DNA of 64,000 nucleotides from the NCBI GenBank assembly GCA_050173015.1, contig JBFXLE010000011.1:1-64000 (forward strand). Reading direction: 5' to 3'. The notes beneath the pieces are model-generated. The model was not told where the DNA came from, searched no databases, and saw only the letters and a list, made by a program, of their open reading frames with translations. The position numbers and the translations under genes are program-made. This DNA is from Calditrichaceae bacterium. Its GTDB lineage: Bacteria; Calditrichota; Calditrichia; Calditrichales; JBFXGD01. This document shows, in pieces, positions 48,087 to 55,954 of the stretch (position 1 is the first letter of the stretch; each line of letters starts with the position of its first letter).

Positions 48087-50051
48087 ATGGAAATACCGTT
48101 TCTTGTTGATATAGTTATAATTCTTGGATTATCAGTTCCCGTATCCTTTGTTTGCAGTAAGCTGAAAATACCCACTATTGTTGGATTTTTAATCACGGGA
48201 GTCCTCGCCGGACCGGCAGGGCTTTCGCTTGTGAGCGCGATGCATCAAGTGGAAGTTATGGCGGAGATAGGTGTTATTCTCCTGTTATTTTCCATCGGTC
48301 TTGAATTTTCGTTTAAACATCTCTTTGAGTTAAGACGCACGGTTTTGGTTGGTGGCGCGATACAAGTCGGTTTAACAATTTTGCTGACAGCGATGATCGC
48401 GCAATTATTTGAATTCAGCTGGGAAAAATCAATTTTTTTCGGATTTCTGGTTGCCTTGAGCAGTACAGCGATTGTATTAAATCAGCTGCAGGCTTCTTCG
48501 GCGATTGACGCGCCTCATGGCCGGACATCTTTGAGCATACTCATTTTTCAGGATATCGTGATTGTTCCGATGATGATATTGACACCTCTCTTATCCGGCA
48601 ATAGTCAGCTTAATATTAGCTATGTTGCATTGCTTCTTGGTAAAGCCACCTTGCTGGTCGTGTTTGTTTTTGTGGGAACCCGCTGGCTGATCCCGAAAAT
48701 ATTTTTTCAGATTGCAAAAACTCAGCTTCGCGAACTCTTTTTATTAAGCATTGTATTTCTTGCTTTTGCCATTGCATGGCTGACTTCAATGATTGGACTG
48801 TCATTGGCACTGGGAGCTTTTTTAGCCGGTCTGATGATTTCAGAATCAGAATACAGTCATAATGCTATTTCACATATATTGCCGTTTCGTGATATATTTC
48901 TGAGTTTCTTCTTTGTATCCGTAGGAATGCTGCTCGATATCAGGACGATTCTCAATCATTATGAAATTATAATATTTGTCCTTTTTGCCCTTATCATGTT
49001 AAAAATATTTACATCGGGAGCGGCCGCCTTAATTTTGGGCTATCCCTTGCGAACGGCTGTCTTTGTGGCCCTGGCGCTTGCCCAGATTGGCGAATTTTCG
49101 TTTGTACTGGCAAAAGAAGGCTACAGTCAGGCATTGATGACCGGGGAATTTTATCAGATATTCTTATCGGTTACGATACTGACCATGATATTCACGCCGT
49201 TTCTCATTTCAATAGGTGAATATTCAGACAGAATCGCGAATTTCCTACCCCTTCCTTCCGGAATTAAAAACAGAAGATTTTCAGAATATAACGCGACGAA
49301 AACAATTGAGAAACATCTCATAATCGCCGGATTCGGATTAAGCGGAAGAAATCTGGCTCATACAGCCCGGTCGGCGCAAATTCCATATATCATACTCGAA
49401 ATGAATCCTGAAACGGTAAGAACGGAAAGATTTAAAGGTGAGCCGATATATTTTGGGGATGCCTGCCAGATATCTGTTCTGAAGCAGGCGGGAATACATT
49501 CCGCCAGGGTAATAGTTGTCGCGGTGTCAGATATTGCTGCCCTAAGAAGAATTGTATTCCTGGCGAAGCTCGAAAATCCTGAAATTTACGTCATCGCGAG
49601 AACCCGTTTTGTCAAGGAGATCGAACCGCTCCGGGAGCTTGGAGCCGATGAAATTGTGGCTGAAGAATTCGAATCATCCATTGAAATTTTTACACGCGTT
49701 CTAAAACGATTTTTGATTTCGGATGAACTGATAGACGCGCTTAATTCTGAAGTTCGAGCTGACGGGTATAGCCAACTAAGAAAACCGGATTGGTCAGTTC
49801 ACGCTCTGGATGATTTAAAACTGCCCGATGTCCGGGTGAGTCGGATGACGGTGACCGCGGTTTCCGGGCTTGCGGATAAAACTCTCTCAGAGATCGGGCT
49901 TCGCAAAAAATACGGTGTAACCCTGCTGGCTATCATTCGGGCGAAAAATGTGATTTCCAATCCTTCATCCGAAGAGCGAATTGTTGCAAATGATCAACTT
50001 ATTGTGCTTGGCCACCCGGATCAGATAAGTGTATTGTTGACAAAGATCTGA
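48087..50051 (+). CDS. CPA2 monovalent cation:proton antiporter (Kef-like) with TrkA-N and TrkA-C domains
   Basis: AEIGVILLLFSIGLEFS, LSSTAIV, LIFQD, LAQIGEFSFV and IAGFGLSG. Confidence 0.93.
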   Translation: MEIPFLVDIVIILGLSVPVSFVCSKLKIPTIVGFLITGVLAGPAGLSLVSAMHQVEVMAEIGVILLLFSIGLEFSFKHLFELRRTVLVGGAIQVGLTILLTAMIAQLFEFSWEKSIFFGFLVALSSTAIVLNQLQASSAIDAPHGRTSLSILIFQDIVIVPMMILTPLLSGNSQLNISYVALLLGKATLLVVFVFVGTRWLIPKIFFQIAKTQLRELFLLSIVFLAFAIAWLTSMIGLSLALGAFLAGLMISESEYSHNAISHILPFRDIFLSFFFVSVGMLLDIRTILNHYEIIIFVLFALIMLKIFTSGAAALILGYPLRTAVFVALALAQIGEFSFVLAKEGYSQALMTGEFYQIFLSVTILTMIFTPFLISIGEYSDRIANFLPLPSGIKNRRFSEYNATKTIEKHLIIAGFGLSGRNLAHTARSAQIPYIILEMNPETVRTERFKGEPIYFGDACQISVLKQAGIHSARVIVVAVSDIAALRRIVFLAKLENPEIYVIARTRFVKEIEPLRELGADEIVAEEFESSIEIFTRVLKRFLISDELIDALNSEVRADGYSQLRKPDWSVHALDDLKLPDVRVSRMTVTAVSGLADKTLSEIGLRKKYGVTLLAIIRAKNVISNPSSEERIVANDQLIVLGHPDQISVLLTKI

Positions 50052-50310
50052 TGTTGTATCAAATTCTCCCGCCATTTTTAATAAGCCCTAGTCCACTTTC
50101 AAACGCATGACAATTTTTTGTACCTGGCCGGTGATACGTTTAAATTGAACCCTATTTTCTTTGTAATGCGGTTAAAATGGCTGATGGGATAGATTGAAAA
50201 CAGAAAAAATGGCTTTAAAATCGGTGTTGAGTCCTTGTATTTATAACTGTTTAGGTTTATATTTTTAGATTAAGTTATGGAATCGATTATCTTTTGACGG
50301 GAGGTTTTTC

Positions 50311-51663
50311 TTGTCCACGCTTATGGTTTCGATATCGGGCGTACGAGGAGAGATAGGAAGTACCCTTACACCTGAAATTATACAGAAATATACCCTTGCG
50401 TACGGAACATATTTAAACGGCGGTACAGTTATTGTCGGCCGTGATTCAAGAGTATCGGGACCCTTCGTCCTGTCAATCGTGAAGGGCTGTCTTATGGCAA
50501 CAGGATGCAAAGTGATTGATATAGGGATTGTACCGACGCCAACTGTGCAGATGTCCATTGAGCATTACAAAGCGGATGGCGGCATCGCCATCACCGCCAG
50601 TCACAATCCGGTTCAATGGAACGGATTGAAATTTATGGATTCAAACGGCCGGTTTTTAAGCCCGGAGAAAGCCGGACAGGTTTATGAAATGGCCGATAAG
50701 GGTGAATTCAGTCTAAAGGAATGGCAGTATCTTGGTGATGAAGTAAGTGATGAACGGGCAAATGAACGGCATATCGAAGCAGTGCTTAATCTTCCGTATA
50801 TTGATTTGCAGAAACTGCGTGAACGCGGATTCCGGGTTGTGGTAGATACGGTAAACGGCGCGGGCGGACTCATCATCCCTCAGCTGCTGCGCAAAATGGG
50901 TTGTGAAGTAATCGCCATAAATGATGAAGCAACGGGGCAGTTTTCTCACACCCCTGAACCGCTGCCTGAGAATCTTACCCAGTTGAGCCGGGCGGTAAAA
51001 GAAGCGGGAGCGGATCTCGGTTTTGCCGTCGATCCGGATGTGGATCGTTGCGCCATAGTGGACGAGAACGGTAATCCGATCGGGGAAGAATATACTCTGG
51101 CGTTGGCTGTAAAATTAATACTTTCAAAAAAAATGGGCCGTGTTGTGGTAAATATGTCCACATCGATGGCCTCGGAAGATATCGCGAAATATTACAATTG
51201 CATGTTCCTCCGCAGCAAAGTCGGGGAGATTAATGTTGCTGAAATGATGGCAGAGTATGACGCGATTATCGGCGGAGAAGGAAACGGAGGGGTCATCCTG
51301 CCGGAACTTCATCTTGGGCGTGACGCGCCTCTGGCGGTGGTTTTGACCCTGCAGCATCTGCTTGAATTTGGAGGGACTTTATCGGAACTGCATCAATCAC
51401 TGCCGCAATATACCATCGTGAAAATGAAAGTGGATATTGAAGGTATGAATCCCGAAACGGTTCTTGAGAAGTTAGCTAAAAAATATGCCAGTGAAGATAT
51501 CAATTTACTGGACGGAGTCAAAATTGATTTTGACAAAAGTTGGGTGCACCTTCGCAAGTCCAATACCGAGCCAATCGTGCGGGTGATGGCGGAGGCACCG
51601 ACGGATGATGACGCAAAGGCACTGGCAAATCGATTTATGGATGAAATTAAACAATTAATGTGA
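50311..51663 (+). CDS. Alpha-D-phosphohexomutase (phosphoglucosamine/phosphomannomutase-like)
   Basis: TASHNP, DPDVDR, KVGE, GGEGNGG and HLRKSNTEP; TTG start with GGGAGG. Confidence 0.9.
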   Translation: MSTLMVSISGVRGEIGSTLTPEIIQKYTLAYGTYLNGGTVIVGRDSRVSGPFVLSIVKGCLMATGCKVIDIGIVPTPTVQMSIEHYKADGGIAITASHNPVQWNGLKFMDSNGRFLSPEKAGQVYEMADKGEFSLKEWQYLGDEVSDERANERHIEAVLNLPYIDLQKLRERGFRVVVDTVNGAGGLIIPQLLRKMGCEVIAINDEATGQFSHTPEPLPENLTQLSRAVKEAGADLGFAVDPDVDRCAIVDENGNPIGEEYTLALAVKLILSKKMGRVVVNMSTSMASEDIAKYYNCMFLRSKVGEINVAEMMAEYDAIIGGEGNGGVILPELHLGRDAPLAVVLTLQHLLEFGGTLSELHQSLPQYTIVKMKVDIEGMNPETVLEKLAKKYASEDINLLDGVKIDFDKSWVHLRKSNTEPIVRVMAEAPTDDDAKALANRFMDEIKQLM

Positions 51664-51675
51664 TATTGGGAATTT

Positions 51676-51951
51676 ATGATTATCTGCAGAGTGCTCGGTG
51701 ATATCGTATCTACCGTAAAAAACAGCCACTTCGAAGGTAAAAAACTGATGATTGTCCAGCCTTTGGATTTGTCTGATCAGGCGGAAGGCAAAGCCTTCAT
51801 AGCGCTGGATACCGTTCAGGCGGGCATGGGTGATAAGGTGCTTGTAATGAGAGAGGGCGGCTCGGCGAGGATCATTTTTAACGATAATGAAATTCCCGTA
51901 CAGGCGGTAATTGTGGGTGTGGTGGACAATGTGGATATCGTTGAATCCTGA
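51676..51951 (+). CDS. EutN/CcmL family bacterial microcompartment vertex (pentamer) protein
   Basis: RVLGDIVSTVK, KLMIVQP, ALDTVQAGMGDKVLV, GGSAR and AVIVGVVD. Confidence 0.93.
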   Translation: MIICRVLGDIVSTVKNSHFEGKKLMIVQPLDLSDQAEGKAFIALDTVQAGMGDKVLVMREGGSARIIFNDNEIPVQAVIVGVVDNVDIVES

Positions 51952-52029
51952 TCCGGGTGAATAATTTGTGTGTGAAGAGAATTTAATATATAATAAAATT
52001 AATGGAATCATTTAAAATCAGGCTGAATT

Positions 52030-52887
52030 ATGTCAAGTATAACATCTGAAATCATCGAAAGTATTATATCTCAGGTCATTAGCGAATCGAATCTGGAGAG
52101 TTGCAGCAATTGCGAAGAATGTCCAAAAAGCTGCAAGCCATTCACTTATGAAGGAGCGAATGATCTGGTTTCATTTGGAGCGAGCCGTGTAGGTACCGTG
52201 GCGCCAAGTTGTCCTCCCAAATATGAGATGGCCAAATGGATTGATCACACGTTTCTAAAGCCCGACTCCACTAGGGACGACATCGAAAAAATTTGTGACG
52301 AAGCGCTTGAAAATAATTTTGCTTCTGTATGTATCAATCCTTTTTGGGTATCGCTGGCAAGCAGAAAACTCCGGAATTCAAAGGTTAAGGTATGCACGGT
52401 GGTCGGTTTTCCTCTTGGGGCGACTTTTCCCGAAATTAAAGCGGCGGAAACTCAGGCGGCGGTGGATCGCGGAGCCGAAGAGATTGATATGGTGATTAAT
52501 GTCGGCGCCCTGAAATCTGGTGATTATGACACGGTTGAACGTGATATCCGCGCGGTTGTAAGAGCAGCGGGACGGCGTGTTGTAAAAGTGATCATCGAAG
52601 CCTGTCTTCTTACCGACGAAGAAAAAGTGACCGCCTGCGTGATATCCCAAAGAGCTGGAGCAAACTTTGTTAAAACTTCGACCGGATTCAGTAGCGGCGG
52701 CGCGACCGTTAAGGATGTAGCGTTGATGCGTCAGGTGGTCGGTCCGCGGATGGGTGTTAAGGCAAGCGGTGGTGTTCGTACCTACGATGAGGCCTGCAAA
52801 ATGGTTGAAGCCGGAGCCACAAGGATCGGCGCTAGCGCGAGTGTGGCAATCGTAAGCAATGGTCAGGCGAAATCTACAGATTACTGA
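52030..52887 (+). CDS. deoC: Deoxyribose-phosphate aldolase with an N-terminal extension of about 65 aa
   Basis: [35 protein letters not shown] and RIGAS. Confidence 0.96.
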   Translation: MSSITSEIIESIISQVISESNLESCSNCEECPKSCKPFTYEGANDLVSFGASRVGTVAPSCPPKYEMAKWIDHTFLKPDSTRDDIEKICDEALENNFASVCINPFWVSLASRKLRNSKVKVCTVVGFPLGATFPEIKAAETQAAVDRGAEEIDMVINVGALKSGDYDTVERDIRAVVRAAGRRVVKVIIEACLLTDEEKVTACVISQRAGANFVKTSTGFSSGGATVKDVALMRQVVGPRMGVKASGGVRTYDEACKMVEAGATRIGASASVAIVSNGQAKSTDY

Positions 52888-52994
52888 TCAATCCTCAAGG
52901 CGTGATTTATTAAGTTACTCCGGCATATGACCGGGCCGGGAATCCTATTCATCAATCAGACGACGAATATTTATAAAGGAAAGAATTATAGACT

Positions 52995-54311
52995 ATGACG
53001 GCATACGAGATTATCAGCAGGAAACGGGACGGGGGAGAATTGACAGATCAGGAAATCACTTATATGATCGACGGTTATACACGGGGCTCCATTCCCGATT
53101 ATCAGGTTGCTGCCTGGCTCATGGCTATTTTCTTTCAGGGAATGAATACAAGGGAAACGCTGGCTATAACAAATACGATGCTTCATTCCGGTGAATCAGC
53201 CGATTTAAGTCAGGTACCGGGTATTAAGGTTGACAAGCACAGCACCGGCGGAGTGGGTGATAAGGTCTCCATCATTCTTGCTCCAATAGTAGCGGCGGCA
53301 GGCGTGCCGGTACCGATGATATCGGGTAGAGGGCTTGGGCACACCGGAGGTACTTTGGATAAACTCCAAAGCATCCCGGGTTTCCGTGTGGATTATTCCA
53401 TTGATGAGTACCGTAAAAAGATTAAAAAAACCGGAGTGTGTCTGATCGGTCAGACAGCCTCTCTTGCCCCGGCAGATAAAAAGATTTATGCTTTGCGTGA
53501 CGTGACCGCGACCATTCAGTCCATTCCGCTGATTTCGGCAAGTATTATGAGCAAAAAACTGGCCGAAGGGATTGACGCGCTGGTACTGGATGTGAAAACC
53601 GGAAACGGCGCATTTATGCAGTCGTATGAGAAGTCGGTTGAACTGGCGAAAAGCCTGATCGCCATAGGTGAGAAAGCGGGTAAACCGACGGTTGCTTATA
53701 TCACTAACATGGACGAACCATTGGGTAAAACGGTCGGCAACTGGCTGGAGATGGTAGAGTGCTTTGAATGTATGCAGGGCGATGGTCCTGATGATCTGAT
53801 GGAAGTGACTCACTATCTTAGCGGAACAATGATTTATTTGGGTAAAAAAGCCGATTCCATTGAAGATGGCATAAAAATCTCACAGGAAATGATCAAATCC
53901 GGAAAAGCGTGGGAAAAGTTTCTGGAAATTGTTGAAGAACAAAATGGTGATGTATCTTTTGTGAAAAAACCGGAGCAATATCCGGCCGCAAGTTTTCAGA
54001 CCGATGTTCTTGCCGGGAGTGACGGATTTATTTCGGGGATCAACGCGTTGGAAGTAGGACTGACGGCAATCTCCCTGGGAGCGGGAAGAGAAAAATCAGA
54101 AGATGTTATCGATCCTAAAGCAGGGATTATACTGCATAAAAAAACGGGTGACAAGGTCATAAAAGGTGACAAATTAATGACGGTTTATACTGATAAAGAG
54201 CATGTGATTCAATCAGCTGTTGAGCGGCTTTCAGAGTCGGTATCCTATTCCGATACACCGGTTTCGAGGGAAAAGATGATACTTGATTATCTTGATAAAA
54301 AAGACTTATAA
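52995..54311 (+). CDS. pdp: Thymidine/pyrimidine-nucleoside phosphorylase
   Basis: DKHSTGGVGDK, SGRGLGHTGGTLDKL, LRDVTAT and SIMSKK. Confidence 0.95.
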   Translation: MTAYEIISRKRDGGELTDQEITYMIDGYTRGSIPDYQVAAWLMAIFFQGMNTRETLAITNTMLHSGESADLSQVPGIKVDKHSTGGVGDKVSIILAPIVAAAGVPVPMISGRGLGHTGGTLDKLQSIPGFRVDYSIDEYRKKIKKTGVCLIGQTASLAPADKKIYALRDVTATIQSIPLISASIMSKKLAEGIDALVLDVKTGNGAFMQSYEKSVELAKSLIAIGEKAGKPTVAYITNMDEPLGKTVGNWLEMVECFECMQGDGPDDLMEVTHYLSGTMIYLGKKADSIEDGIKISQEMIKSGKAWEKFLEIVEEQNGDVSFVKKPEQYPAASFQTDVLAGSDGFISGINALEVGLTAISLGAGREKSEDVIDPKAGIILHKKTGDKVIKGDKLMTVYTDKEHVIQSAVERLSESVSYSDTPVSREKMILDYLDKKDL

Positions 54312-54318
54312 TAGAAAC

Positions 54319-55110
54319 ATGAAAAATATTACAAAACGTCAGCAAAAGAAGATCAAGTATTATTTAAAGGAGAAACAGGACCGCAAAGAGAAAAAAGATA
54401 TCATCCACGGAAAAGACCTGCCGAAATATCTTGAAAAAAGGATACCTTATATCCGGCATCTGGCGCCAAATTTAGATAGAATTCTGATCGTTTCATCATT
54501 TGTGTCCCCTCCGTTTAAACCCGGCCTGATAGACCGCTTTCTTGTGCTTGCCGAGTTGGAAGAAGTAGAACCGATAATTTGTCTGAACAAGACTGATTTG
54601 CTTGAAGACAGGACGGAAATGGATTCTTTTGTCAGTTTGTACACAAAGATAGGCTATTCGACGATCGCGACATCCGCTGTGACCGGTGAGGGAATTGAAG
54701 AACTTCACGGCATGATGAAAGGGCATCGTTCGGCGTTTGCGGGGCATTCTGGTGTCGGGAAAAGCAGTCTGTTGAATAAAATCTCTCCGGACCTTCAAAT
54801 CGAAACCGGAGAAGTCAGCGGCCTGACCAATAAGGGGCGTCATACAACCACCAGCCTAAAAATTTATAAACTTGATACAGACACTGATGTGATCGATCTT
54901 CCCGGGATTAAGCTGATTGATTTTATTGATATTCACAGGGACGAAGCCCGCTTTTATTTCCGTGAATTCCGCGAATTGGATCAATACTGTAAATTTCGGG
55001 ATTGTCTTCATCTGACTGAATTCAAATGCGCTGTTAAACAAGCGGTAAAAGATGGAGAAATTTCCACAATTCGGTACGATTCCTATGTGAATTTTGTCGA
55101 TTCATTGTAA
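54319..55110 (+). CDS. rsgA: Ribosome small subunit-dependent GTPase A
   Basis: Circularly permuted G motifs NKTD, GHSGVGKSSL, GRHTT and DLPG; Zn finger CKFRDCLH...C. Confidence 0.92.
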   Translation: MKNITKRQQKKIKYYLKEKQDRKEKKDIIHGKDLPKYLEKRIPYIRHLAPNLDRILIVSSFVSPPFKPGLIDRFLVLAELEEVEPIICLNKTDLLEDRTEMDSFVSLYTKIGYSTIATSAVTGEGIEELHGMMKGHRSAFAGHSGVGKSSLLNKISPDLQIETGEVSGLTNKGRHTTTSLKIYKLDTDTDVIDLPGIKLIDFIDIHRDEARFYFREFRELDQYCKFRDCLHLTEFKCAVKQAVKDGEISTIRYDSYVNFVDSL

Positions 55111-55175
55111 TATATACCATGTATTTATAGAAGCGACAGTTTTAACTCGATTTTCCATTAACACGAGAATTACAA

Positions 55176-55856
55176 ATGGCGTATAAATATATCCTCTTCG
55201 ATTTAGACGGTACATTGTTTGACTACGATATGGCGGAAGCCAAAGCCCTGAAAGCGGCGTTTGTAAAATTTGGACTCGCATATAATTCGTCCTGTCTTCA
55301 AATTTACAGAAGACTGAACTCCGATCTTTGGCGTCAGTATGAAGCGGGTAATGTCACCCAGGATGCGCTTAAAGTGAAAAGGTTCGAACTTTTAGGGGCA
55401 GAAATGGGTATCCCCATTGACCCGGCAGGTTTCAGTGAGATTTATTTGAATTATCTTGCTCAGGGGACGGATTTGATTGATGGTTCTGAAAATGTATTAA
55501 AATATCTTTCTGCCAAATATCAGCTTTTTCTAATCACCAACGGTTTGAAAAATGTACAGAGACCGAGAATAGCGAATTCCTCGATTGGTCATTATTTTAA
55601 CGATGTGATCATTTCCGAAGAAGTCGGTTACGCTAAACCTGATAGACAAATTTTCGATATTACCTTTAAAATTATGAACTACCCGGGCCGGAAAGATGTT
55701 CTGCTGGTGGGCGACAGTCTGACCTCTGATATGGCCGGAGGGTCAAATTACGGCATCGATACCTGCTGGTTTAATCCTTCCGGTAACGAAAACAATTCAG
55801 GGAATTCGGTTAGTTTTGAAATCAGAAAACTGGATGAATTGATTTCATTGCTTTAA
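55176..55856 (+). CDS. YjjG-family noncanonical pyrimidine nucleotidase (HAD)
   Basis: FDLDGTLFD, ITNG, ISEEVGYAKPD, VGDSLTSD and TCWFNP. Confidence 0.9.
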   Translation: MAYKYILFDLDGTLFDYDMAEAKALKAAFVKFGLAYNSSCLQIYRRLNSDLWRQYEAGNVTQDALKVKRFELLGAEMGIPIDPAGFSEIYLNYLAQGTDLIDGSENVLKYLSAKYQLFLITNGLKNVQRPRIANSSIGHYFNDVIISEEVGYAKPDRQIFDITFKIMNYPGRKDVLLVGDSLTSDMAGGSNYGIDTCWFNPSGNENNSGNSVSFEIRKLDELISLL

Positions 55857-55902
55857 AATCATCGTTTAACCGCTGTAACAGTGACACATTAGATCTTAAA
55901 AT

Positions 55903-55932
55903 AAAAACGGCAATCTGAATGGATTGCCGTTT
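55903..55932. terminator. Bidirectional intrinsic terminator
   Basis: aaacggcaatct-gaat-ggattgccgttt between convergent genes. Confidence 0.8.
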
Positions 55933-55954
55933 GACATTTATATCAGGTCTCTAA

